NCBI GenBank assembly: GCA_964487005.1 | Contig: CAZAPO010000269.1 | Coordinates: forward strand, 5,612-69,611 | DNA: 64,000 bases | Reading direction: 5' to 3' | DNA from: an uncultured Flavobacteriaceae bacterium | Lineage (GTDB): Bacteria; Bacteroidota; Bacteroidia; Flavobacteriales; Flavobacteriaceae | Shown: positions 40,785-50,320 of the stretch, piece by piece | How positions within the stretch are numbered: position 1 is the first letter of the stretch | Layout of the letters: every line of letters begins with the position of its first letter | Translations under genes and position numbers: made by a program | The notes under the pieces: generated by a model | Database searches by the model: none | Told to the model about the DNA's origin: nothing | Seen by the model: only the letters and a program-made list of their open reading frames with translations

Positions 40785-41924
40785 ATGATTAATAAACGCC
40801 TCTTAATTAAAAACCTACTTGCTCACAACGATGAGAATAGTTTTTATGATAAAAAGCGTAAAATCAATATTTCAGAAAAGGAGGGTAAAGCCAAATTCTT
40901 AAAACACATTTGTGCATTATCGAATAGCAATCCAAAGAACAACTCGTACATCGTTATTGGTGTTGAGGATGAAGACAACAAAATTGTAGGTGTTGACTTT
41001 TTTGATGATAGTAAAATTCAAAACTTGATTAATGCCTATTTAAGTAACCCACCCGTAGTACAATACGAGAACATTCCATTCCCACATTTAACTGATGACA
41101 AGGTGGTTGGTCTTGTCACAATTAGGGCGAAGAAAGAAAATGAAATTACCTCATTAAGAAGGAACATTTGGAAGTATTATGGTGGATCGGTATTCTTTAG
41201 AGAAGGAAGTATGAGTATGCCAAAGGTCTTTGATATTGAAATTAAAGACGTCAATTCAGAGATAGTTTCGTCTATAGAAAATCACGCACAAAACAATATT
41301 CAGTATACCTTAGATGGTGTGTTTGATTTTATGAATAAACGCAAAGACTATAACCCTCAATACAGAGTTTTTAAAGAGTACTTTGTAGTTTGTTGGGCCG
41401 GACAAAAAAAGGAAGTTAAGGAAGAGGTCTTTTATTCTCGAGTAGATATTGAGCTTATCAACGAGCAAGTAAGACTTTTCTATTCCACTTTTGATGAAGT
41501 ATCAATAGAATATAGTGATGACACCTTTAAAATAGTTGAATATGTAAACCTTGGTTTACAAGGAACTGTTAAGTATTTTAAGCTGGAAGAAACCATCATT
41601 AAATTTGGAAATAATGCCACCTATAATATTGACACCGAACTTCTTTTTAATCCTCCTCAATATGATAAAAAAGTCTTGCATCATATCTTTAATTCTAATA
41701 ATGCGCTCCTTGAAAGGTTAAAAAAAGGAATTGCTTTAACAAAGCATGAAGAATCAGATCTTAGAAACCTACCTGTAACTTATCTCATATGCCATTTTAA
41801 TGATTTCGGTACGGCGATTGACAAACTACTAGAGTCAAAGCAATTTTTAAAAAATCATAGCAAAGACGTCTATAATTTATACAAAGAGGCGATTAGAATA
41901 TTACGAAAAGTTAAGTACAACTAA
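40785..41924 (+). CDS. Schlafen/AlbA_2 domain-containing protein
   Basis: ENSFYDKK...ICALSNS...YIVIGVEDE...VGV matches the AlbA_2 pattern. Confidence 0.7.
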   Translation: MINKRLLIKNLLAHNDENSFYDKKRKINISEKEGKAKFLKHICALSNSNPKNNSYIVIGVEDEDNKIVGVDFFDDSKIQNLINAYLSNPPVVQYENIPFPHLTDDKVVGLVTIRAKKENEITSLRRNIWKYYGGSVFFREGSMSMPKVFDIEIKDVNSEIVSSIENHAQNNIQYTLDGVFDFMNKRKDYNPQYRVFKEYFVVCWAGQKKEVKEEVFYSRVDIELINEQVRLFYSTFDEVSIEYSDDTFKIVEYVNLGLQGTVKYFKLEETIIKFGNNATYNIDTELLFNPPQYDKKVLHHIFNSNNALLERLKKGIALTKHEESDLRNLPVTYLICHFNDFGTAIDKLLESKQFLKNHSKDVYNLYKEAIRILRKVKYN

Positions 41925-42289
41925 TTTGGTTGTAATAGTATTTCTACTCTTTGTGTAATTACATGGCACTGATCTTCATTAACTTGAATAGACCCCGATG
42001 TGTAATCTTGATAATTTGGAGATGTGACTTCAATAATATACACTCCACCTCGTTCTCCTGCTCCTACAAAAAAATCGCTTCCTTCAACATTTTCAAGTTC
42101 TTCTTCATAGGCACCATCTCTAGCAATAACAGTTAAATTATCTGTTATTGGCTGATTTGTTGTATTGTCTCTAATAGTTACGTGAAGCCCATAAACAAAT
42201 ACATCGGTACATGTAATATCCTCAGGATCTGTCCCGTCCAGGCTGCAATTCAATAATAACAAAGCAAATAAAAAAGTACAGTATTTCAT
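41921..42289 (-). CDS. Small lipoprotein with a carboxypeptidase-regulatory-like fold
   Basis: Lipobox LLNC; two additional Cys; G.Y.IEV..P.Y. Confidence 0.65.
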   Translation of the reverse strand: MKYCTFLFALLLLNCSLDGTDPEDITCTDVFVYGLHVTIRDNTTNQPITDNLTVIARDGAYEEELENVEGSDFFVGAGERGGVYIIEVTSPNYQDYTSGSIQVNEDQCHVITQRVEILLQPN

Positions 42290-42305
42290 TTTCCGTTTTT
42301 TATAT

Positions 42306-42331
42306 AGATGCCCAACATTGCTAAAGGTTGC
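42306..42331 (-). promoter_or_regulatory. Putative ECF-sigma promoter
   Basis: GCAACC-N15-CATCT on the minus strand, 17 nt upstream of the lipoprotein ATG. Confidence 0.45.
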
Positions 42332-42367
42332 GCAGAAAAAGCATTTTCATAAAATTGCTTTTTCTGC
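42332..42367 (-). terminator. Hairpin after the aldehyde dehydrogenase gene
   Basis: GCAGAAAAAGCA/TGCTTTTTCTGC 12-bp stem; no clear U tract. Confidence 0.55.
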
Positions 42368-42382
42368 ATTTCCCTTTCAATA

Positions 42383-43945
42383 TTATAAGTCAAACTTAAT
42401 TCCCTGCGCTAAAGGTAAGTCTGTTGTATAATTAATAGTATTGGTTTGTCTACGCATATATATTTTCCAGGCATCAGAACCAGATTCACGCCCTCCTCCA
42501 GTTTCTTTCTCACCGCCAAAGGCTCCACCAATTTCGGCCCCTGAAGTTCCAATATTCACATTGGCAATTCCACAATCACTTCCACCATGTGACAAGAAGC
42601 GTTCTGCTTCACGTAAATTGTTGGTCATAATAGCCGATGATAGCCCTTGTGCTACTCCGTTTTGAATTTCAATAGCATCTTCAATATCTCCAGAATACTT
42701 TAACAAGTACAATACTGGTGCGAAGGTTTCATGCTGAACAATTTCAAAGTGGTTTTTGGCCTCGGCAATTGCAGGTTTCACATAGCATCCGCTTTCATAA
42801 CCTTCACCTTCAAGAACGCCTCCTTCTACCACAATTTTTCCACCTTCTTCTACAACTTTCTCAAGTGCTTTAGTATACATTCCAACTGCATCCTTATCAA
42901 TAAGTGGTCCTACATGATTATTTTCATCAAGCGGGTTTCCTATTCGCAATTGTTTATAGGCATCAGCTACCGCATTTTTCACCTTATCATAAATGCTTTC
43001 ATGAATAATTAAACGACGTGTTGAAGTACAACGTTGTCCTGCCGTTCCCACTGCACCAAAGACTGCTCCAATTACTGTCATTTTTATATCGGCGTCTGGA
43101 GTAACAATAATGGCATTGTTTCCACCTAATTCTAAAAGTGATTTCCCTAACCGTTCACCTACAGTTTTACCAACGATCTTTCCCATTCTTGTAGACCCCG
43201 TTGCCGATACCAATGGTACTCTTTTATCGGTTGTCAAATATTCCCCTACTCTATAATCACCATTTACGAGACAAGATATTCCTTCTGGTAAATTATTCGC
43301 CTTAAATACTTCGGCCGCTATATTCTGACAAGCAATACCACATAATGGTGTTTTTTCGGAAGGTTTCCATACACACACATCTCCACATATCCATGCCAAC
43401 GCCGTGTTCCAAGACCACACAGCAACAGGGAAATTAAAGGCTGAAATAATCCCCACTACCCCTAATGGGTGATATTGTTCGTACATTCTATGACCAGGTC
43501 GTTCAGAGTGCATGGTTAAACCATGTAACTGTCTTGAAAGTCCTACAGCAAAATCGCAGATGTCAATCATTTCTTGTACCTCACCAAGTCCTTCTTGGTA
43601 AGATTTTCCCATCTCATAAGACACTAATTTCCCTAATGGTTCTTTGAGCTCTCTTAACCTTTCACCAAACTGTCTCACCACTTCTCCTCTTTGAGGGGCA
43701 GGCATAACACGCCATGTTTTGAAGGCGCTAGTGGCAGCATCCATAACACGATCATAATCTTCACGTGTTGAAGTTTTTACACTTCCAATTAAATTACCAT
43801 CAACAGGTGAATAAGAATTTAATATTTCTCCTCCAGAAAACCATTCTGATCCTGTGGAAGACCCATCATTAACTTGTTTAACACCTAATTGATCTAAGGC
43901 TTCTTTTATTCCAAAATCGGTTCCTATTTCTTGCATATAAATCAT
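42383..43945 (-). CDS. ALDH7/antiquitin-like aldehyde dehydrogenase (piperideine-6-carboxylate dehydrogenase type)
   Basis: ISAFNFP, LELGGNN, GTAGQRCT, EIGGAFGGEKETG. Confidence 0.9.
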   Translation of the reverse strand: MIYMQEIGTDFGIKEALDQLGVKQVNDGSSTGSEWFSGGEILNSYSPVDGNLIGSVKTSTREDYDRVMDAATSAFKTWRVMPAPQRGEVVRQFGERLRELKEPLGKLVSYEMGKSYQEGLGEVQEMIDICDFAVGLSRQLHGLTMHSERPGHRMYEQYHPLGVVGIISAFNFPVAVWSWNTALAWICGDVCVWKPSEKTPLCGIACQNIAAEVFKANNLPEGISCLVNGDYRVGEYLTTDKRVPLVSATGSTRMGKIVGKTVGERLGKSLLELGGNNAIIVTPDADIKMTVIGAVFGAVGTAGQRCTSTRRLIIHESIYDKVKNAVADAYKQLRIGNPLDENNHVGPLIDKDAVGMYTKALEKVVEEGGKIVVEGGVLEGEGYESGCYVKPAIAEAKNHFEIVQHETFAPVLYLLKYSGDIEDAIEIQNGVAQGLSSAIMTNNLREAERFLSHGGSDCGIANVNIGTSGAEIGGAFGGEKETGGGRESGSDAWKIYMRRQTNTINYTTDLPLAQGIKFDL

Positions 43946-44144
43946 AGTTTTTTGATGGAGCGAAGATACTAAATATTATGGGTTCTATATATGCATTCTT
44001 GATGCTTAAAAATTGCCATAAAAACAACTTTAAGAACAATTTAACAAGACACTAAAATCTAAGAACAATTTTTTAAGCGTAGTTATATTAACAAGAATAG
44101 GCCTACATCTTGATTTTTTTGTTTCATTTTAAAAATCATGTAAT

Positions 44145-45038
44145 ATGTACTACAGAACATTAATTTTAATGTGTTTGTTCATGGGATATGTGCAAGCACA
44201 AGACATTCAATATGTAAAGGCAGAAAATGGCCTAGCAATTAGAGAAAATCCAAATAGAGGAGCTGCGCGACTCGGCGTATTAGATTACGGAACCGTTTTA
44301 GAAATAATAGAGCATACCAATTTACAAATGGATATTATGGATAATGGTAAAAAGCTCTCTGGAGCGTGGGTAAAAGTAAGAAGTATTGATGCCTACGACG
44401 TTTTTGAAGGCTATGTTTTTAACGGTTTCTTGACCGAGGAAAAACTGCAAAAACGTTTTAAGACGGTATACGATGAATTTACGGTTAGCATAGATGGTAT
44501 CAAAGAGAAAGAAGTCAATAAAGACAAGATCAACCCCGGATTTGATGGTGTCCTTTTCTACACTCTAGGACAGGATGAGTCCTTAGAAAGTAAAACAATT
44601 AGCGTAAAACATCACAAAGAGTTTAGAAGCATAGAAGTGTTTCAAAAACATGAAAACAGTTTGGTTATTAATGACCATAAGTCGCACTGCGATATGATTA
44701 ATTGGCAACATTATTATTCTAGTTGGAAACCGCTTAGAACCATTAAAAGCAATCATAAATTTGCTGGAATGGGTATCTCAGAAAAAGAAGCTTCAAGATT
44801 TATTGAAATTGATATTGAAGAACTTAAAAATATTGTGAAAGAAGATTGTGGAGCTAGTTGGGGTGATGCAATTAAAGAAGTGCAAACAATAAATGATGAC
44901 CCATTGAGTGTTAAAGTAACTAAACAATATTTACGTGTTGTAATGACTGATATTGATGGGAATAAGACAGAAAAAATCATCATCTTTGAAGTACCAATAA
45001 ACAATTCTAAACTTCAAAAATCGTATGCAAAGCTTTAA
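44145..45038 (+). CDS. Secreted SH3b-domain protein
   Basis: Signal peptide; YVKAENGL.IR..P...GAWVKV...GYVF.GFL. Confidence 0.7.
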   Translation: MYYRTLILMCLFMGYVQAQDIQYVKAENGLAIRENPNRGAARLGVLDYGTVLEIIEHTNLQMDIMDNGKKLSGAWVKVRSIDAYDVFEGYVFNGFLTEEKLQKRFKTVYDEFTVSIDGIKEKEVNKDKINPGFDGVLFYTLGQDESLESKTISVKHHKEFRSIEVFQKHENSLVINDHKSHCDMINWQHYYSSWKPLRTIKSNHKFAGMGISEKEASRFIEIDIEELKNIVKEDCGASWGDAIKEVQTINDDPLSVKVTKQYLRVVMTDIDGNKTEKIIIFEVPINNSKLQKSYAKL

Positions 45039-45336
45039 ACCATACTACGCCGTTATTTTTACATCCACTCTCACCAAAAATACGCAAGGGTACAGTGAGA
45101 TGTCTCAAAAAATGGAAGAACTCGCCAAATCACAAAAAGGATTTTTGGGTATTGACAGTGCCAGAGAGGATGTAGGAATTACGGTTAGTTATTGGGAATC
45201 AATTGAAGCTATTAAATCATGGAAACAACATACTGAGCATCTTATTGCACAACAAAAGGGTCGTAATCAATGGTACAGTTGGTACAATACCAGAATTTGT
45301 AAAGTTGAGCGTGAATATGAACATTTCTTAACGTAA
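45025..45336 (+). CDS. Antibiotic-biosynthesis-monooxygenase family protein
   Basis: YYAVIFTS, GITVSYWES, H..AQ..GR..WY. Confidence 0.85.
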   Translation: MQSFKPYYAVIFTSTLTKNTQGYSEMSQKMEELAKSQKGFLGIDSAREDVGITVSYWESIEAIKSWKQHTEHLIAQQKGRNQWYSWYNTRICKVEREYEHFLT

Positions 45337-45822
45337 CGGAAACCCTTTTGCTGCCCACCATGGATGAACCTCTATTACTAGTCTTCCGGCTTTAACTGCT
45401 GGATCGGCATTTGCCAAGCTATCAGCCATTTTTAAAGTTGGTACATTGTAAATGGTTATTCCTCTAATAGCTCCATCGTCACCAAAAGGTCCTGAAATAT
45501 CTGCATATCCTAGTTCATACATTTTCCCTAAATGTGCTAAATGTGCCTCTTGTAGTTTTGCTGCCTCTTCCTCGTTCTGAGTACGATTAGGGCCACGCTT
45601 TAAGAAAGCAATAAAATACTGCTGCATGATTATAGTGTCTTGTGCTTTTTCATCGAAATAATCAAAAATCTGAAAGCCATTTGCCAATAACTCTTCTTTA
45701 ATTTGTTTCGTTGTCTTAACGGGTTCTTCTTGATGTTGACTAGGAATTTCAGCTTGCTCTTTGCATGCTAAAACGGCTAATAGCAATACAATCATAAAAA
45801 TTGCTCTTTTTACTTTTTCCAT
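45328..45822 (-). CDS. YciI family lipoprotein
   Basis: Lipobox VLAC; QEAHLAH, SGPFGD, ADPAVKAGRL. Confidence 0.8.
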   Translation of the reverse strand: MEKVKRAIFMIVLLLAVLACKEQAEIPSQHQEEPVKTTKQIKEELLANGFQIFDYFDEKAQDTIIMQQYFIAFLKRGPNRTQNEEEAAKLQEAHLAHLGKMYELGYADISGPFGDDGAIRGITIYNVPTLKMADSLANADPAVKAGRLVIEVHPWWAAKGFPLR

Positions 45823-46283
45823 GTTTTATATGGTGCTTTACTTAATTGTGAATTATAATACTTTGGTACTCCAGTAACCTCTTCCCCTAACCAATCTGGT
45901 TTTTGAAAAACTTCATCTTCTTTTTTTAGTTCAATCTCAGCTATTATAAGACCTTCATTATCTCCAAAAAATTCATCCACCTCATAAATGTGCGTGCCAA
46001 AATTTATTTCATATCGCAACTTATCAATGACTCCCTTCTCGCAAAACTCTAATAACGCTTTCGCATCTGTTTTAGAAATGTCCTTTTCCCACTCAAATCT
46101 TTTTAATCCATCTCCTGAAGATAAGCCTTTTACAGTTAACACCCCTTTATCATCCCTTAATCTTACCCTAACTGTACGTTCGGGATCCCGATTTAAAAAC
46201 CCTTGGATGATTCTCTCTACCTTAAAGGCCTCATCTTTAAAAGCTTGAGAAGTGACGAGGAATTTGCGCTCTATTTCAATCAT
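45810..46283 (-). CDS. CYTH domain protein
   Basis: EIERKFLV, EVDEF, AEIEL, WLGEEVTG. Confidence 0.92.
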   Translation of the reverse strand: MIEIERKFLVTSQAFKDEAFKVERIIQGFLNRDPERTVRVRLRDDKGVLTVKGLSSGDGLKRFEWEKDISKTDAKALLEFCEKGVIDKLRYEINFGTHIYEVDEFFGDNEGLIIAEIELKKEDEVFQKPDWLGEEVTGVPKYYNSQLSKAPYKTWKK

Positions 46284-46312
46284 TATAGTTCAATATGCGC
46301 TAAATTTACAGC

Positions 46313-47410
46313 ATGCAGGGCGATTTACCAATAAGAAAAATAATTCATGTAGATATGGATGCATTCTACGCTTCGGTAGAGCAAATGGATAATCCCGAGC
46401 TACGCGGGAAGCCATTGGCAGTAGGTGGTGGGGGGAAACGCGGTGTTGTTAGCGCAGCTAGCTATGAAGCCAGAAAGTATGGTGTTAAAAGTGCAATGGC
46501 TGGAACCTTAGCTGCAAAACTATGCCCTGATCTAATTTTTGTACGTCCTCGTTTTGATAGGTACAATGAAATTTCAAAAAAAATTAGAACAATTTTTCAC
46601 GACTACACAGACAAAGTAGAGCCTTTGTCTCTCGATGAAGCTTACCTAGATGTTACCAAAAACAAAAAAGGTAATCCCAGTGCTACCTTATTGGCAGAAG
46701 AAATTAGAGAACGTATCTATAGGGAAGTTGGATTAACGGCATCAGCAGGAATTTCCATAAATAAATTTGTGGCAAAAATTGCAAGTGATTATAACAAGCC
46801 TAACGGGCAAAAGACAGTAAATCCTGAAGAAGTACTAGGTTTTTTAGAACAACTTGATATTAGAAAATTTTATGGAATAGGTAAAGTTACAGCCGAAAAG
46901 ATGTATCAGAAGGGAATTTTTACTGGTATTGATTTAAAGCAAAAATCCCTTGAATATCTTGAGGCCAATTTTGGGAAATCTGGAAAATACTATTACTATA
47001 TTGTTAGAGGGCACCATGACAGTGAAGTTAAACCCTCACGAACTCGCAAATCTTTGGCAGCAGAACGCACTTTTTCTGATAACTTATCTAGCGAGATTTT
47101 TATGCTCGAAAAACTAGAACACATAGCAGAGGAGGTTGCCCGAAGACTTAACAAAAGTAATGTTGCTGGTAAAACAATCACACTTAAAATTAAATACAGT
47201 GATTTTACCTTACAAACCCGTAGCAAAACCTTAGCATATTTTGTCAATGATAAAGATCTCATCCTGGATACTGCCAAGAATTTGCTTTACCAAGAAAAGT
47301 TGAATAATTCGGTAAGACTTCTAGGCATTTCAATGTCTAATCTAAATAACAAGGAGAAAACCAAATTGCAAAAAGAAACGGTGAGTGTTCAACTAAAATT
47401 TGAGTTTTAA
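46313..47410 (+). CDS. dinB: DNA polymerase IV
   Basis: HVDMDAFYASVE, SYEARKYG, SLDEAYLD. Confidence 0.96.
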   Translation: MQGDLPIRKIIHVDMDAFYASVEQMDNPELRGKPLAVGGGGKRGVVSAASYEARKYGVKSAMAGTLAAKLCPDLIFVRPRFDRYNEISKKIRTIFHDYTDKVEPLSLDEAYLDVTKNKKGNPSATLLAEEIRERIYREVGLTASAGISINKFVAKIASDYNKPNGQKTVNPEEVLGFLEQLDIRKFYGIGKVTAEKMYQKGIFTGIDLKQKSLEYLEANFGKSGKYYYYIVRGHHDSEVKPSRTRKSLAAERTFSDNLSSEIFMLEKLEHIAEEVARRLNKSNVAGKTITLKIKYSDFTLQTRSKTLAYFVNDKDLILDTAKNLLYQEKLNNSVRLLGISMSNLNNKEKTKLQKETVSVQLKFEF

Positions 47411-47446
47411 ATTATTATCTTTCTTATAAATTATTTAAAATCTAGT

Positions 47447-48274
47447 ATGAAAAAATTAGTCGTAATATTATCAATAATAGTTGTTGTTTTTTCTTGTAAG
47501 AATAAAAATTCAGTAGTTTCAATAGAAACTTCTTTAGGTGATACTATTCAAACTGCTAGCGGGTTAAAATACTACTATTTAAATCGAGGCAATGGTAAGA
47601 AGATTAATGAAGGTTCAAAAGTAGCTGTTTATACCGATTTGTATCTCAACGATTCAGATTCAGTTTTCTGGACTACTTCAACTGCAAGTGATTCATTATT
47701 CACATTTTATCATAAAAAAACTTCTTTAATAAAAGGATTTTCTGAATTGCATAATTACTTGGTCGAAGGTGACGAAGTTATAGCCATTCTACCAGATTCT
47801 ATTGCTTATGGTAAAGAAGGAAGAAACGGTGTTCCCCCAGCGGCTACTCTGGTTTACAATCCATTAATCGTGAATTCTGTTTCAGAACCAAAGATTCTTC
47901 TCAGTGATTCTATCTTTTCTATTGTAACAACCCAAGATATCGAAGCTGGCAAAAAGTTTTACGAAAAGGTGATGACTTCTGAAGTAAAAAATATATTTCA
48001 CACTGATATGGATCTGATGGTGAATAATCTTTTAAGGTCACTCTTACGGGATAGTTTATATGCAGAAACTGAATCTTTTGCCAAGTTTTTATTAACAAAA
48101 ACGAATGACAATATGCATCAACGTACATTAGCTTTTCAGGCTTCTAGTGCCGCCGAAGCTCAAGAAAATTATGAAGTTGCAATCTCGTATTTAGAGCCTT
48201 GGGCCAAGAAAGAGCCTGAGCAACCTTGGTGGCAAAATAAAATTAATGAGCTAAAAGGAAAACTAAACAAATAA
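47447..48274 (+). CDS. FKBP-type PPIase lipoprotein with a helical C-terminal domain
   Basis: Lipobox VFSC; TASGLKY, LIKGF, IAYG..G..GVPP.ATL. Confidence 0.75.
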   Translation: MKKLVVILSIIVVVFSCKNKNSVVSIETSLGDTIQTASGLKYYYLNRGNGKKINEGSKVAVYTDLYLNDSDSVFWTTSTASDSLFTFYHKKTSLIKGFSELHNYLVEGDEVIAILPDSIAYGKEGRNGVPPAATLVYNPLIVNSVSEPKILLSDSIFSIVTTQDIEAGKKFYEKVMTSEVKNIFHTDMDLMVNNLLRSLLRDSLYAETESFAKFLLTKTNDNMHQRTLAFQASSAAEAQENYEVAISYLEPWAKKEPEQPWWQNKINELKGKLNK

Positions 48275-48284
48275 CCAATTTAAA

Positions 48285-49730
48285 CTAAAAACTACAACTT
48301 GTAATTTCGGTAACTCTTAAGGTATTTACCATTCCTTTGTCTTGTATTGGCATGGCTGCTAAACTTATGAGCATATCACCTTCTTCCAGATATCCTTTTT
48401 TACACGCAATAGCATTTACATCTTCAATTGTTTCATCAGTACTAACGAACTTATCATAATAAAATGCTTTTACTCCCCAAAGCAAACTTAACATGGTCAG
48501 TATTTTTTTATTAGAAGTAAATACCAATACATGAGCATCTGGTCTCCATGCAGAAATTTGAAAGGCCGTATAACCACTATTGGTGAGGGTAGAAATAGCT
48601 TTAGCATTTATTTCGTTAGCCATCAAGGCTGCGTGATAACATATTGATTTTGTAATATATCGATTGGTGCGAATGTGTGGTGGTTTTTGCGGTACGGTTA
48701 TTAAATGAGAGTCTTCAACACTTTTAATGATATCAGACATTTTTCGAATCACCTCAACTGGATAGTTACCTACTGATGTTTCTCCTGACAGCATAACAGC
48801 ATCTGCCCCATCCATTACAGAGTTTGCGACGTCATTCACCTCGGCTCTGGTTGGTGTTAGACTTGTAATCATTGATTCCATCATTTGGGTAGCAATAATT
48901 ACTGGTATTCTAGCTTGCTTAGCCCTTAAGACCAGCTGTTTTTGTATTAATGGTACTTCTTGAGCAGGAATCTCAACTCCTAAATCTCCTCTAGCAACCA
49001 TTAACCCATCACAGTAGGCCACAATTTTATCAATATTTGTAACAGCTTCCGGTTTTTCAATTTTCGCAATAATTGGAATTTTATGCTCGGCATGTTTTTT
49101 AATTAGTTCTTCTAATTGCATCAGGTCTTCTGCATGCCGAACAAATGAAAGTGCAATCCAATCTACATCTTGTTTGATTGCAAAAATCGCATCCTCAATA
49201 TCTTTATCGGTTAAGGCAGGTTGTGAAATGTTAGTATTTGGCAAGTTCACTCCTTTTTTTGAGCGTAAAGGCCCTCCCTGCAACACTTTTGCCTTAACCT
49301 CGTTCTTTTTATTTGATGAGACAACTTCAAATATAAGTTTACCGTCATCTAGAAGTATTTTCTCTCCTGGTTTTGCATCTTGAGGAAACCGGTCATAAGT
49401 CATGTAAACACGTTCTTTGGTGCCCGTAAATCGCTCACCCGTGGCAAAAATTATTTCGTCATCTACATTTACTACAACATCCTCTTGCATTACCCCTACT
49501 CTAAGTTTTGGGCCTTGTAGGTCGGCTAAAATGGCGGCGTTGTACCCAAATTCTTCATTTAACTCTCGTATCATATTTATGCGCTCCTGAACATCATCAT
49601 AATTAGCATGCGAAAAGTTAATTCTAAACACATTAGCACCTTCATCAAGCATCGCCTTAAGTACCTCTTTTTTACTAGTTGCAGGTCCTAAGGTGGCTAC
49701 TATTTTTGTCTTTTTTCTCTTATCTGCCAT
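48285..49730 (-). CDS. pyk: Pyruvate kinase
   Basis: TKIVATLGP, DLQGPKLR, IAKIEK, MVARGDLG. Confidence 0.97.
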   Translation of the reverse strand: MADKRKKTKIVATLGPATSKKEVLKAMLDEGANVFRINFSHANYDDVQERINMIRELNEEFGYNAAILADLQGPKLRVGVMQEDVVVNVDDEIIFATGERFTGTKERVYMTYDRFPQDAKPGEKILLDDGKLIFEVVSSNKKNEVKAKVLQGGPLRSKKGVNLPNTNISQPALTDKDIEDAIFAIKQDVDWIALSFVRHAEDLMQLEELIKKHAEHKIPIIAKIEKPEAVTNIDKIVAYCDGLMVARGDLGVEIPAQEVPLIQKQLVLRAKQARIPVIIATQMMESMITSLTPTRAEVNDVANSVMDGADAVMLSGETSVGNYPVEVIRKMSDIIKSVEDSHLITVPQKPPHIRTNRYITKSICYHAALMANEINAKAISTLTNSGYTAFQISAWRPDAHVLVFTSNKKILTMLSLLWGVKAFYYDKFVSTDETIEDVNAIACKKGYLEEGDMLISLAAMPIQDKGMVNTLRVTEITSCSF

Positions 49731-50212
49731 TAATTAAAAATTAGGTTGTCTTTAGATTTTAATTGAGCAACATCAATACTATAAACGGTTGCAATTTGTG
49801 GTATGTTTTGAATACTTTGTATTATCTGTCGCTCATTAATAAACCCGCCATCATTATCAATTTTTAAAAAGTAATTTACTTTTCTATACTCTGGTATTAA
49901 ATTATGAGTCCTCAAAACCTTATTTGGTGTATCAAATAAAGATCCTGTACTCACCAATCCTTCTTCTTCTTTTTTGCATACATTAGAAACTAAATTCCAT
50001 GTTGTTAATTGGTTTTCATCTTGCCACTCATACAATGAGTAAGACGAAGCTGTATACTTAAAGTCAAGATCTTGGGCTTTTCTTTGTAAATTAATTTGCA
50101 ATTCCTTGTTTAAAAGATATGCTACTCGATAATCTTCAATCGTACAGTGTATTGCCAATAGCGAATACGTATCAACATTAAAATCATCAAAAAGCAATTT
50201 ATGCAACGCCAT
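49730..50212 (-). CDS. IPExxxVDY family protein
   Basis: LIPEYRKVNYFL; located upstream of pyk. Confidence 0.8.
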   Translation of the reverse strand: MALHKLLFDDFNVDTYSLLAIHCTIEDYRVAYLLNKELQINLQRKAQDLDFKYTASSYSLYEWQDENQLTTWNLVSNVCKKEEEGLVSTGSLFDTPNKVLRTHNLIPEYRKVNYFLKIDNDGGFINERQIIQSIQNIPQIATVYSIDVAQLKSKDNLIFN

Positions 50213-50320
50213 AACAACTAAATTATGCGCTGTAAATATAGTATTTTACCTTCTAAATGCTCTTATGAGATCGCAAATGTTGTACCTATAATGCTACGCA
50301 AACGTTATAGTTCAAACAAA

